From an uncultured PS1 clade bacterium (GTDB lineage Bacteria; Pseudomonadota; Alphaproteobacteria; MED-G09): a DNA stretch of 62,793 nucleotides. The notes below the pieces were generated by a model, which made no database searches, was not told where the DNA came from, and worked only from the letters and a program-made list of their open reading frames with translations. The translations under genes and the position numbers were made by a program. Below, piece after piece: positions 1 through 10,233 of the stretch (positions are counted from its first letter, which is position 1; each line of letters starts with the position of its first letter). The DNA is taken from contig CACLNZ010000006.1 in NCBI GenBank assembly GCA_902608415.1, positions 1 through 62,793 on the forward strand, given 5' to 3'.

Positions 1-700
1 CTTTGTCCAGTTGGCCTTAAAAAAAGGATTTAAAAAAAGAACTACAGGCTTCTCAATTGATGATATATACAAATCTCAAAGTGATAGAGAATTACTTGGA
101 AAAAAAATTCATTCAATGTGTAAGGTTAGGGGCGTACCTGGTACTCATGATGTTGACCTTGGCTTGAAGACAATAGATTCCTTAAATTTTGCCACAAATG
201 AAATGATTACATCAATTCCTGTTTTTTCTAAGCCATTAGATAAGCATTTACCAGAGAGCGAGTGGGTGCAATACAAAGGAAAACCAGATTTTATTTTTTT
301 TGATGGATGGTTTTGTGGAGCTAAGCCAATTTCTGAAAAAAATTGGTCACCACCTTTAAACAAATTAGAAGAAAAACAAGATCCAGATGGAGTTTGGTCA
401 AAGTGGTATAATAGAGAATTATCGAGAGATTATCAGGAATTGTTTAACAGTTTTGATATATTGCTCATGATTAAGGTACCAAGCATGGAACATATTTTTG
501 AAAGTAGATGGATACAAGAAAAAACCCTTGAAAAAAATCTTACTGATCCAGAAATGAAAAAGAAAATTATGACAAAAGAAGAAGTTATTCATTTTGTTAT
601 GCATTATGAAAGGTTAACAAGGTATGTTTTGGAAGAAATACCAAAATTTGCTGATATAGTATTGTATAGGGATAATGAATTTAATTTTAAACGAATGTAA
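1..700 (+). CDS. D-glycerate 3-kinase-like (PRK/uridine kinase family) P-loop kinase, 5'-truncated by the window edge
   Basis: SIDDIY, RGVPGTHD and DGWFCG motifs typical of GLYK-like kinases; the frame is open to the window start and no Walker A motif is visible, so the N-terminus lies upstream. Confidence 0.7.
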   Translation, partial: FVQLALKKGFKKRTTGFSIDDIYKSQSDRELLGKKIHSMCKVRGVPGTHDVDLGLKTIDSLNFATNEMITSIPVFSKPLDKHLPESEWVQYKGKPDFIFFDGWFCGAKPISEKNWSPPLNKLEEKQDPDGVWSKWYNRELSRDYQELFNSFDILLMIKVPSMEHIFESRWIQEKTLEKNLTDPEMKKKIMTKEEVIHFVMHYERLTRYVLEEIPKFADIVLYRDNEFNFKRM

Positions 701-708
701 GGGAAGCT

Positions 709-1299
709 ATGGAAGAGACTAATTTACCAAAAATTATTAGGGCACAAAAACAACAAAAAGATAAAATAAAAGGCGTTTTAAAACTTGGCTTCTCATCTGA
801 TCCTTTAATAAGATGGGTGTTTCCTGATCCAAATATTTATTTAGTAAATTTTGATACATGGATGGAAGAATTTTCAAAAATATCTTTTTCTAATGATGTA
901 GTATTTGCCGAAGAAAATTTTTATGGGGCATCACTATGGCATCCACCTGGTTTTGAATTTGATGAAACATGTCTATATCCAACACTAGAATGGATGACAG
1001 AGGAGAGAATTGAATTCGTAAGTCAGTTTTTTGAGGAATTCTCAAATTATCATCCCGATGATGCTTGGTATTTAGCCTTTATTGGCGTCGATCCATCAAA
1101 ACAGGGTCTCGGTGTTGGTTCCTTTATATTAAAAGAAGCCCTTAAAACGATTGATGAAAGAGGCGAGAGAGCATATTTAGAATCTTCTAATCCAAGAAAT
1201 ATGTCGCTTTATGAAAGACATGGTTTTGAGAGTATGGGTAAAGTGCAAATTGGTGACTCACCTCCTGCACATCCAATGATTAGAGAGCCACGGAAATAA
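709..1299 (+). CDS. GNAT family N-acetyltransferase (puromycin acetyltransferase-like)
   Basis: WYLAFIGVDPSKQGLGVGS acetyl-CoA motif A; AYLESSNPRNMSLYERHGF. Confidence 0.85.
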   Translation: MEETNLPKIIRAQKQQKDKIKGVLKLGFSSDPLIRWVFPDPNIYLVNFDTWMEEFSKISFSNDVVFAEENFYGASLWHPPGFEFDETCLYPTLEWMTEERIEFVSQFFEEFSNYHPDDAWYLAFIGVDPSKQGLGVGSFILKEALKTIDERGERAYLESSNPRNMSLYERHGFESMGKVQIGDSPPAHPMIREPRK

Positions 1300-1368
1300 A
1301 GTTGTTGTTGAGTATTTAAATACATTCTGTAATATTGATATCGTTATTTAGGATTAAGGGAGATAGAT

Positions 1369-2067
1369 ATGTCAAATATATTAATTGTTGGTGCTACAAG
1401 AGGAATTGGACTTGAATTAACAAAGCAGTATTCCGATGATGGAAATTCTGTAATTGCTTGTGCTAGAGATAAAGCCAACGCTTCATTGCTTGACGAACTT
1501 GCTTCAGGATCAGAAAATATTTCTATCGAACAGCTTGATATATCAGATCCCTCATCAATTGAAGCTGCTGCAACTAATATAGGAGACAGCGTTATAGATA
1601 CCGTAATAATAGTTGCAGGTGATGTTGGAGGAGATCCAATGGAACAACAATCACTTGATAATATAGATATAGATCAATGGCATAAAACTCTTGATACAAA
1701 CACAATTGGCCCACTTTTGGTTGCGAAAGCATTTAAAAGCAATTTAGTTTCTTCGGGTAATGGAAACCTAATGATACTTTCCAGTCAGTTAGGCGCTTCT
1801 ACCTGGCCAATGGGTGGAATGTATATTTATTCAACCACTAAAGCTGCAGTTGGTAAAGTCGGTAAAATATTATCTCTTGATTGGGCTGAAGATCCAATAA
1901 CTGTGTCAATCATGCATCCAGGGTGGGTTCAAACGGATATGGGTGGACCAGGGGCAGAAATAACAGCAGAAGAGAGTGCATCTGGTATTAGGAATGTGAT
2001 TAGCGGACTAACTAAAGAAGATTCTGGTAATTTTTATAAATGGAATGGCGATATTCATCCTTGGTAG
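1369..2067 (+). CDS. SDR oxidoreductase (CsgA/C-factor-like)
   Basis: GATRGIG Rossmann motif, YSTTK catalytic motif, HPGWVQTDMGG; strong SD AAGGGGAG. Confidence 0.85.
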   Translation: MSNILIVGATRGIGLELTKQYSDDGNSVIACARDKANASLLDELASGSENISIEQLDISDPSSIEAAATNIGDSVIDTVIIVAGDVGGDPMEQQSLDNIDIDQWHKTLDTNTIGPLLVAKAFKSNLVSSGNGNLMILSSQLGASTWPMGGMYIYSTTKAAVGKVGKILSLDWAEDPITVSIMHPGWVQTDMGGPGAEITAEESASGIRNVISGLTKEDSGNFYKWNGDIHPW

Positions 2068-2099
2068 CATATAATTCTCTGATTTAAGAATTTATCTAA

Positions 2100-3215
2100 T
2101 TAGATATTAACAATTATTCCTTCATTTGGATTTATATCCCCTTGAATAACTTCATCATAGGTATCTAAAAAATTATTTAATCCTGAAACTTCTTTAATGT
2201 TCATCCAAATTTGGCTTTGTTCGGCTCTAGCATCCATAAAAGATGTTGTTTTTTTATTGTAACCATCTGTTCCCCAATCACTTATTCTTTTTTGGATATG
2301 ATCTGGAGCAAAAAAGAACTCAGTTCTATCTCTATTCATAAGTTGACCCATTGCATCATCAGCTGTTGTTTCATTATCCCAATGTGTCATACCAACTGTA
2401 ATACACTTAAGCATGTGATTTCCAAGTGAACTATGAAGTTTTCCTAGTATTTCTCTATTACCAGCCATATCGACCATTACACTAGAATTATTAATATTTA
2501 TATCACTAAGGTCATCATAAGAATAAATCTGATCGTATGAATTTAAACTTTCTACAAATTCAGAATTTCTTTTTGAAGTTAACCCAATAATTTCAGGTTT
2601 TTTCTCTTCACTTTGCAAACCTTGAGCAAGACCAATAGCTGTTTTACTAGATGCGCTTACTATGATGACCTGTTCAGCCCCTAAATAATTTTCATTTTGA
2701 AGATAATCACATAAACAAAAAGATGTTATATGAAGTGGAAATAAAAGAGCCCTTATATTGTCATTATTCTTATTATAATTATCTTCATTGTTTAATCTTA
2801 TGTAATTATTGTAAACTGGAGGTAATTCTTTTCGATGTTCCTCACCATCTATAAAAGTTTTTTGTGAAATTTTTATCGGTTTCAAAGTCAAAATATTAGA
2901 TGCCGGAAAATAACCAAAAAGTCTTTCTCCAACTTCTAATTCTTTATTATTTGAGTACTTTATTTCAGCAAAACCCCACATTGGTATGCATCCCCATATG
3001 TTCTCAGGATCATTCATAGTTGGAAAAAATTGCCAATAACCCATCATTTCGCCTGCAACACCGTATGTAACATTGTTAGATGTGAAAGCAAAATTTTCAA
3101 TTTGAACTATTATTTCTCCATCTTTTAAATCATCCAAATCAATATCATTTGTAACAATTCTTCTTTGTGTTAAATTTTTTTTTGATGTTTGTAACTCTTC
3201 TTTGATAAGACTCAT
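2100..3215 (-). CDS. DUF2855 family protein
   Basis: FAFTSNNVTYG, YWQFFP, SASSKTA, VGMTHW and FFFAP motifs; ATG at 3215 preferred over TTG at 3221 on SD spacing. Confidence 0.75.
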   Translation of the reverse strand: MSLIKEELQTSKKNLTQRRIVTNDIDLDDLKDGEIIVQIENFAFTSNNVTYGVAGEMMGYWQFFPTMNDPENIWGCIPMWGFAEIKYSNNKELEVGERLFGYFPASNILTLKPIKISQKTFIDGEEHRKELPPVYNNYIRLNNEDNYNKNNDNIRALLFPLHITSFCLCDYLQNENYLGAEQVIIVSASSKTAIGLAQGLQSEEKKPEIIGLTSKRNSEFVESLNSYDQIYSYDDLSDININNSSVMVDMAGNREILGKLHSSLGNHMLKCITVGMTHWDNETTADDAMGQLMNRDRTEFFFAPDHIQKRISDWGTDGYNKKTTSFMDARAEQSQIWMNIKEVSGLNNFLDTYDEVIQGDINPNEGIIVNI

Positions 3216-3266
3216 ATCCAACCTTTATTACTTGTTATTTTTTATTATAGATAGGAGTATATATTA

Positions 3267-4310
3267 TTGGAAAATAAAAACAAAATAACGATAATTGGCG
3301 TACCAGCATCACCCTACACTAGGAAAATGCTATCAGCTTTAAGGTATAGGAATATTCAACATTCCGTAATTTGGGGTAATGCCAAAGAAATATTAAATTC
3401 GATGGGCTTGGAAACTCCCAAACCAACACTTTTACCAGTAGTTTTATTACATAATGACAGTGAAGTTACAGCTATTTGCGATACAACACCCATAATAAGA
3501 AAACTTGAGGTTAATAATTCTGACAGAGGCATTATTCCGAAAAATAAATCTCTTGCCTTATTAAACTCAATTCTTGAAGATTTTGGCGATGAATGGGTAA
3601 CTAAATACATGTTCCATTATCGGTGGCATTTCCAAAGGGATATTGATAATGCTGGCAATATATTGCCTCTTCTTCACTCAGTAAACTTAGAAGAAAAAGT
3701 ACATAAAAATTTTAAGAAATATATTACTGATTTGCAGATAAGTAGATTATGGGTTGTTGGTTCCAATGAAAAAACTGCAGATATTATTGAAAGAAGTTAT
3801 AAAAGATTTCTAGCATTATTAGAAAATCATTTTGAAACTACCCCCTTTTTATTGGGTAATAAGCCTTTGTCATCAGATTTTGCTTTTTATGGACAAATGA
3901 CCCAACTCATTGGCTTTGATCCAACATCAAGAGAAATAGCTCTAGAGTTATCACCTAGATCTGTTGCTTGGGTTGATATTATGGAAGATTTATCAGGTTT
4001 TAATGTAGACTCAAGTCATCTTTTATCAATTAAAGATCTTCCAGACACAACCTTCTCCATTTTTGAGGAATTGAGTCATGGATATGTACCTGCAATGATT
4101 GCAAATTCAATAGCTTTTAAAGAGGGCCAAGAAACTTGGTCAACAAAAATTGATGACCAAATTTGGGAACAAAAAACATTTCCCTATCAAGCTAAGTGCT
4201 TAGAATGGATTAGAGATGAATTTAATGAGCTTGAGCAAGACGACAAGACAAAGGTTTTTAATTTTTTAAAAGAAACGGGTTGTGAAAAATTACTGATAGG
4301 TAAGGAGTAA
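3267..4310 (+). CDS. Glutathione S-transferase-like protein (long form)
   Basis: SPYTRK N-terminal motif, DTTPII, EDFGDEW, FLLG..P..SDFAFYG. Confidence 0.75.
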   Translation: MENKNKITIIGVPASPYTRKMLSALRYRNIQHSVIWGNAKEILNSMGLETPKPTLLPVVLLHNDSEVTAICDTTPIIRKLEVNNSDRGIIPKNKSLALLNSILEDFGDEWVTKYMFHYRWHFQRDIDNAGNILPLLHSVNLEEKVHKNFKKYITDLQISRLWVVGSNEKTADIIERSYKRFLALLENHFETTPFLLGNKPLSSDFAFYGQMTQLIGFDPTSREIALELSPRSVAWVDIMEDLSGFNVDSSHLLSIKDLPDTTFSIFEELSHGYVPAMIANSIAFKEGQETWSTKIDDQIWEQKTFPYQAKCLEWIRDEFNELEQDDKTKVFNFLKETGCEKLLIGKE

Positions 4311-4312
4311 AT

Positions 4313-5380
4313 ATGAAAATATTGAGAACGCCTGACAAAAGTTTTGATGTAATAACCGATTTTCCTTATGAGCCATGTTATACAAATATTAAGACTAAAG
4401 ATGGAAGTGAATTAAGAATACATCACATAGATGAAGGGCCTAAAGATGGACCTATACTCTTGGCAATGCATGGTCAACCAGTTTGGTGTTATCTCTACTC
4501 AAGAATGATACCTTTCTTAACAAAAGCCGGAATAAGAGTTATCGCGCCTGATTTACCGGGTTATGGAAAGTCTGATAAGCCTGCTTCAAGATCTGATTAC
4601 AGTTACCAAAATCAAGTCGATTGGATGGTTGACTGGTTAAATACTAATGACTTTCAAGATATTACTTTCTTTGGACAGGATTGGGGTGGGTTAATTGGGT
4701 TAAGAGTAGTTGCAAGGGAACCATATAGGTTTTCAAAGGTTTCAATGGGTAATACCGGACTTCCCTATAATCCTGATGCACCAGAAGAGGTTGTTGAGGA
4801 AATAAAAAACTTTAGAGAGAGCGATATTAAGCTACACCCATTATCTATGGCTAAAAAAGTGAGAGAAATGGATAATGGTAAAACCCATCCTGGATTAAAA
4901 TTTATGTATTGGCAGAAATTTTGTTGGGATACAGAGGATCTTCCCATTGGTTTCATACAATCTATGCAAATGGAAAAGAGATCACTAGTTTCAACATTTT
5001 TAAATTATATATTTATATTATTAGGAAAATATAGCGCTTCTCCTTTTAAGTCATATATAGCAAAAGCATATGAGGCACCGTTTCCAGACCCAAGTTACAA
5101 AATGGGCCCTAGAGCAATGCCAAGTCAAGTGCCTATAATTCCTGATCAATCTCTTGAAGAACAGAAGAAAGCAAGAGAATTTTTTAGTAAATGGGACAAA
5201 CCATTTCTAAGTGTTTTTGCCGGTGATGATCCTGTAACAAATGGAATTGAACAAGATGTATTAAATATGTGTCCAAATGCAAAAAGCGCACCCCATATTG
5301 GTGGGGGCCATTTTTTTCAATGGAAAAGGTCTAAAAAACTTTCAGGGATTCTAATAGACTTTATAAAGGAAAATAAATGA
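4313..5380 (+). CDS. Haloalkane dehalogenase (alpha/beta hydrolase)
   Basis: MKILRTPD N-terminus, HGQP oxyanion motif, GQDWGG nucleophile Asp-Trp, DDPVT acid, GGHFFQ catalytic His. Confidence 0.8.
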   Translation: MKILRTPDKSFDVITDFPYEPCYTNIKTKDGSELRIHHIDEGPKDGPILLAMHGQPVWCYLYSRMIPFLTKAGIRVIAPDLPGYGKSDKPASRSDYSYQNQVDWMVDWLNTNDFQDITFFGQDWGGLIGLRVVAREPYRFSKVSMGNTGLPYNPDAPEEVVEEIKNFRESDIKLHPLSMAKKVREMDNGKTHPGLKFMYWQKFCWDTEDLPIGFIQSMQMEKRSLVSTFLNYIFILLGKYSASPFKSYIAKAYEAPFPDPSYKMGPRAMPSQVPIIPDQSLEEQKKAREFFSKWDKPFLSVFAGDDPVTNGIEQDVLNMCPNAKSAPHIGGGHFFQWKRSKKLSGILIDFIKENK

Positions 5381-5961
5381 AGAATTTTGTAATTATTATT
5401 AGTGTATGTATAATTTTAGTAAGTGTTGGTTGGAATTATCGAGCAAATATTATTTTTGAAATATATCCCCTTATTCTTGAAGCACGAGGGTCTGGAGAAA
5501 GGTCGGAATTATCTGTAAAAGAAATTAATGGAGTTGAGATTATGGAAGTAAAAAATGCAATAGTACCAAATGATGAGCAAATGAAAGGTTTTATGGAAGG
5601 TGATATTGATACGCCTATATTTATGGTTAATTTATTAAAATTTAAAGATAAAGCAGAATATGAAGATGGAAGGGAAACTAATTTAACCGGTGAAGAGGCT
5701 TACTTAATTTATGGACAAGAAGTGCAAGGACATCTCAAAAAAGTGGGAGCTGAACCAATTTTTTCAGGAAGAGTTGAACGGTTGATGTTAGGCGAAGTAG
5801 GGGAACTTTGGGATGTAATCGCAATTGCTAAATATCCCAGCCGAAAAGCTATGATGGAAATGATTATGGATGCGGATTATAGAGAAAGTGAAAAACATCG
5901 TGCTGCAGGTTTAAAAGGCCAACTTAATATTGAAACTAAAACAGGAGAGTTTGGTTGGTAG
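5377..5961 (+). CDS. DUF1330 domain protein, possibly with an N-terminal membrane anchor (alternative start at 5542)
   Basis: PIFMVNLLKF..A.Y.DG, WDVIAIAKYPSR, HRAAGL; internal GGAG followed by ATG at 5542. Confidence 0.7.
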   Translation: MKNFVIIISVCIILVSVGWNYRANIIFEIYPLILEARGSGERSELSVKEINGVEIMEVKNAIVPNDEQMKGFMEGDIDTPIFMVNLLKFKDKAEYEDGRETNLTGEEAYLIYGQEVQGHLKKVGAEPIFSGRVERLMLGEVGELWDVIAIAKYPSRKAMMEMIMDADYRESEKHRAAGLKGQLNIETKTGEFGW

Positions 5962-6431
5962 ATTTTCTTAATAAGATATTTCCTGAAAATGCGAACAATA
6001 ACTATTCAGGAAATAGAATAGCCCTATGGGCACTTATACTATTTCTTGCTCTTATGACTTGGCGCTCAGCAATACACATGTTTTTTGAACCCTTTGGATT
6101 GCATGAAATTGCAAATATTGTTGTTTTGACGGGTGATCCCGATCCTATGCCATTAATTTATCGTTTTTTCTCTATTTGGGGATTTGCCCAATTAATTTTT
6201 TGTATTGCTTGTTGGATTGCGATCATTAAATACAGGTCATTTATACCATTAATGTATTTGTTTTGGATTTTTGAGTGGGGATTAAGAGTTATTTATTATC
6301 CATTTTTTGGTAGAGGTGGTGATGTTATTAATGATTATAATACAGCAGGTACGCCTGGTTTTTATATGGCTCCATACATTCTGATCTTATTAACAATATT
6401 TTTTGTTTTATCTTTAAGGAGATCAAATTGA
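5955..6431 (+). CDS. Hypothetical integral membrane protein (about 4 TM)
   Basis: Hydrophobic segments; overlaps both neighbours as in an operon. Confidence 0.65.
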   Translation: MVDFLNKIFPENANNNYSGNRIALWALILFLALMTWRSAIHMFFEPFGLHEIANIVVLTGDPDPMPLIYRFFSIWGFAQLIFCIACWIAIIKYRSFIPLMYLFWIFEWGLRVIYYPFFGRGGDVINDYNTAGTPGFYMAPYILILLTIFFVLSLRRSN

Positions 6432-7489
6432 AAATAATTAAATATATAATTCTTATATTAGTAATATTTCTAATTAGCTTATTCGTTTTATCTAGAGTTC
6501 CTGCAATTCAGGATAGAGTGGTAACAAATGTTATAAAAAATGTACTTTCAAATCCAGTTTCTTTACCTGATGATGGACTAAGTGCTTTAGTTTGTGGCAG
6601 TAGATCCCCTTTACCCTCACCTGGAAGAGCTGAAACCTGTATTATCATTAAGGCTGGTCAAAACTTGTATGTAGTTGATGTTGGTGATGGCAGTATTAGT
6701 AATTTGAGAAATTGGGGAGTAGATCTAACCCCTGTTAAGGCCGTTCTTTTTACACATCTTCATTCTGATCATATATCTGATCTTGCTGATTTACACTTAA
6801 ATACATGGGTTAATAATCCTACTAAATCTGAAAAATTAAAAGTTTATGGACCTGAAGGAGTTGAAGATGTTGTTAATGGTTTTGAGGACGCATATAAATT
6901 AGATTACCAATTCAGAAATGAGCACCACGGTAATAAGGTCGCTCCACTTAATTTTGCTGGATACGAAACATTTACCATTGATTTATTAAATCCAATTATA
7001 ATTGACGATAATGGTTTGAAAGTAACTGCTTTCAAGGTAATTCATGATCCGATTGAACCGGCTTTAGGTTTTCGTTTTGATTATAAGGGAAGGTCTATTG
7101 TAATAAGCGGTGATACAATATCTACAGAAAATACAATTAAGAATTCTAAAAATGCTGATGTTTTGTTTCATGAGGCACAAGCTAATCATATTGTAAAAAT
7201 TATTGAAAATGAAAATAAAAAAATTGGTAATAATTTAGCTGCAAAAATTATGGCTGATATAGTGACCTATCATACAACGCCTATTGAGGCCGCTGAAATT
7301 GCAAATCAGGCTAATGTGAAGCATTTGGTTTTTTATCATCTTACTCCTGCGCCAAGAAACGCTTTGATGGAGAGTATGTTTGTTAGAGGTGTGAATGACA
7401 TAAGAAAAGAATGGACATTATCTAAGGATGGAACATTGGTAATTTTACCTCTTAATTCTGAAAAAATTAAAATCACAAAAATAAATTAA
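6428..7489 (+). CDS. MBL-fold metallohydrolase (RNase Z/arylsulfatase-like) with N-terminal membrane anchor
   Basis: THLHSDH metal motif, ISGDT, LFHEA, YHTTP, YHLTP. Confidence 0.8.
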   Translation: MKIIKYIILILVIFLISLFVLSRVPAIQDRVVTNVIKNVLSNPVSLPDDGLSALVCGSRSPLPSPGRAETCIIIKAGQNLYVVDVGDGSISNLRNWGVDLTPVKAVLFTHLHSDHISDLADLHLNTWVNNPTKSEKLKVYGPEGVEDVVNGFEDAYKLDYQFRNEHHGNKVAPLNFAGYETFTIDLLNPIIIDDNGLKVTAFKVIHDPIEPALGFRFDYKGRSIVISGDTISTENTIKNSKNADVLFHEAQANHIVKIIENENKKIGNNLAAKIMADIVTYHTTPIEAAEIANQANVKHLVFYHLTPAPRNALMESMFVRGVNDIRKEWTLSKDGTLVILPLNSEKIKITKIN

Positions 7490-7491
7490 AT

Positions 7492-7824
7492 ATGATTTTT
7501 TTGTTAATTAAAATAATAGTGACTGCCGTTCTTATAGTCCTTATTAGTGAAATTGCAAAAATTAATGATAAGCTAGGCGGTCTAATAGCTGCAATGCCTA
7601 TAATGACATTACTTGTTATTTTATGGATGTATTATGATGGAAACTCTGATGAAAAAATTTCATCCCATATTTCTTATACATTACTTTATATTGTTCCAAC
7701 TATACCAATGTTTTTAATTTTTCCATTTGTCATTTCAAAATTTGGTTTTTATATAGCTTTTTTAATAAGCATTTTAATAACAGTGATTTCTGTAACAATT
7801 CTGAATTTTTTTATAAAAATATAA
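7492..7824 (+). CDS. DUF3147-like small membrane protein
   Basis: K..ITA.LIV.ISEIAK...LGGLIAAMP pattern, about 4 TM. Confidence 0.65.
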   Translation: MIFLLIKIIVTAVLIVLISEIAKINDKLGGLIAAMPIMTLLVILWMYYDGNSDEKISSHISYTLLYIVPTIPMFLIFPFVISKFGFYIAFLISILITVISVTILNFFIKI

Positions 7825-7825
7825 A

Positions 7826-8932
7826 TTATAATGACTTTTGAAAACCTATTATAAATTTGGCTTCATTCTTCATCTGTAAACCATTTTTATCTTGATCAAT
7901 TGGAAGTATGAATTCGATTGCCAATCGATCAGAATGTTTTCCTGGTAAAAAATTAGTTATGAAATTCAAGCCTAAACCAAGATTTAAAATTTCACCGCCA
8001 TAATTATATGGATTTGCTGTTTGTACTGGAGCCATTATATTTTTATCTTTACCTTCTATTGTATCGGTATCTGAATAATTTAACCTTAATGAATAAGAAA
8101 TATTGTCATTAAATGAGCCTTGAAACCAAAGGTTGTATTCAAATTCATCACCAAAATTCCAATTTTCTTCTTCTATACTTTTTCTAAATAAAATCTGATT
8201 ACCTAAAACAAAACTATTTATTTTAGTAACATTTGTAACTCCAGCTAATAACCTTAAAGCTTTATCACTTGGTTGCATGCCGTATGGTAAAGTAATTGAA
8301 GTATTTGTATTCATTGGCGTTAAAACCATTCCTTTTTTTGTATTTTCACCAATACTTTTTTCTAGTCCGCTTATTAGATGCCATCTTGAGTTTTCATTTT
8401 CATGAAGATTAAATAATGCTGATAATGATATTTTTGATAAATCTGAAGATGAGGTTTCGAAAGACCCTAAATAATTTCTATTCATCATCCCTCTATATGT
8501 ATCTAATTGCATTTCCTTGTCATTGAGCATGGCCATACCCATTAGAGTTATTTTGTCAGATGGCGCATACATTGCACCAAGCATAATCATTTTCATTGTC
8601 ATTTTTCTGGGAATAACGCTAAGTTTAGCTGGCATTTTAGGTTCACCCATATGTGGGTGTCTATGAGTTTTAGAATATGAATCATTATGCATCATTGGCA
8701 TTTTAGAAAATGGATTAGGCTGTTGTAGGAGTTCTTTGTCAGAAATTGTATTACCGTTAAGCATATTTTTTTTCATTTCCATATTTGATACTCTAATAGA
8801 TATCATCCATTCCCCTTTTTTATGAATATGGTCAGCCATTAAACCTATAGGACCATGCCCAATAGCTGTCGACATAGCTGAAAGGTTGTATGAGAAAAAT
8901 AAAATTGAAAAAACTAAGAATACTCTAATCAT
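7826..8932 (-). CDS. Putative outer-membrane 'transporter' family beta-barrel with His/Met-rich N-terminal region
   Basis: Signal peptide, HGPIGLMADHIHKKGEWM motif, LPYGMQ, C-terminal alternating strand FIIGFQKSL; SD AGGGAG precedes ATG at 8932. Confidence 0.6.
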   Translation of the reverse strand: MIRVFLVFSILFFSYNLSAMSTAIGHGPIGLMADHIHKKGEWMISIRVSNMEMKKNMLNGNTISDKELLQQPNPFSKMPMMHNDSYSKTHRHPHMGEPKMPAKLSVIPRKMTMKMIMLGAMYAPSDKITLMGMAMLNDKEMQLDTYRGMMNRNYLGSFETSSSDLSKISLSALFNLHENENSRWHLISGLEKSIGENTKKGMVLTPMNTNTSITLPYGMQPSDKALRLLAGVTNVTKINSFVLGNQILFRKSIEEENWNFGDEFEYNLWFQGSFNDNISYSLRLNYSDTDTIEGKDKNIMAPVQTANPYNYGGEILNLGLGLNFITNFLPGKHSDRLAIEFILPIDQDKNGLQMKNEAKFIIGFQKSL

Positions 8933-8995
8933 TGGCTGCTCCCTACCTACCAATAATGGAAATTACTTTTTTTTACTTAAAATACAATTAATTTT

Positions 8996-10153
8996 TCAAG
9001 ATAAATTGTCGCGTATTGCTCTAAAACAATTTCTTATTTCATTTATAAAAAGTTCAGGCTGTTCAAAGGCTGCAAAATGACCTCCTTTGTCTAACTCGTT
9101 CCAATAGACAATATTTGAGTAAACTTGCTCTGCCCACGCTCTTGGGGTACGAGAGATTTCTTTTGGAAAGATACTGCAACCAATTGGTAATGAGAGTTTT
9201 TCGTCAGGATTACCTCCAAATGATCCAAAGCTTTCCCAATAAAGGCGTGCTGAAGATGCACCACTTTTTGTTAACCAGTAAAACATAATATTATCAATTA
9301 ATTCTTCCTTTGTGAGGATGTTTTCGGGATGACCATCACAGTCAGTCCATTCATAAAATTTTTCAATTATCCAAGCTGCTTGACCTATAGGCGAGTCGAC
9401 TAGGCTATACCCTAAGGTTTGTGGTCTTGTACTTTGTTGTTTTGAATAACCAGAACCCCATTCTTGATAATAATTTAAGCCTTCAAATGCAATTTTATCT
9501 CTTTCACTCGGATTTTCTATGGCCTCTTTAGTTGGTGGAGCAAAAGGCATGTTAACATGTAGTCCTAAACAATTACCTCTATTTTGTTTTCCAATAGCAA
9601 TTGTTATGGCTGAGCCCCAATCACCGCCTTGTGCGAAGTAATTTTTATAACCAATTTTATTCATAAGTTGGTTCCAAATTTCAGCAATTTTATCAACTCC
9701 TGTGCCGTTCTTTGATGGTTTACTAGAAAATCCATATCCAGGAAGAGAAGGGCAAACAACATGGAATGCATCCTCTTTCTCTCCCCCATAATTAAGAGGA
9801 TCAACAAGCGGTCTTATTATTTTATGAAATTCTACAATTGAACCAGGCCAACCATGGCTCATAATCAATGGTGTTGCGTTTTCAATTTCACTTTTAACAT
9901 GAACGAAATGAACATCAAGTTCATCTATAGTCGTAATATATTGATCAAAAGAATTATAATACTTTTCTCTTTCTTTCCAGTTATAGTTATTAATCCAGTA
10001 TTCACTAACTTCTTTTATATAAGATAAAGGGGTGCCTTGGTTCCAATTGTTTACAGTTTCTTTTTCTGGCCATCGGGTAGATTCGATTCTGCCTCTTAAC
10101 TCATTTATATCTTCTTCAGCAATTTCGATTTTGAAAGGTTTTATTTCTGACAT
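8996..10153 (-). CDS. Epoxide hydrolase (microsomal EH-like)
   Basis: PFKI..., HGWPGSIVEF, QGGDWGS, GGHFAAFEQP. Confidence 0.9.
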   Translation of the reverse strand: MSEIKPFKIEIAEEDINELRGRIESTRWPEKETVNNWNQGTPLSYIKEVSEYWINNYNWKEREKYYNSFDQYITTIDELDVHFVHVKSEIENATPLIMSHGWPGSIVEFHKIIRPLVDPLNYGGEKEDAFHVVCPSLPGYGFSSKPSKNGTGVDKIAEIWNQLMNKIGYKNYFAQGGDWGSAITIAIGKQNRGNCLGLHVNMPFAPPTKEAIENPSERDKIAFEGLNYYQEWGSGYSKQQSTRPQTLGYSLVDSPIGQAAWIIEKFYEWTDCDGHPENILTKEELIDNIMFYWLTKSGASSARLYWESFGSFGGNPDEKLSLPIGCSIFPKEISRTPRAWAEQVYSNIVYWNELDKGGHFAAFEQPELFINEIRNCFRAIRDNLS

Positions 10154-10233
10154 TGTTTTATTATTCTCACTTATTATTTAAATTATGCCAAAATTTATGC
10201 TTAAATAAAAATATATTTTTAAAGGGGAAGATT

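Noticed and set aside
10153-10233. 27-aa N-terminal extension of the NTF2 protein
   Set aside because: It spans the divergent promoter region; SD and domain start point to ATG 10234
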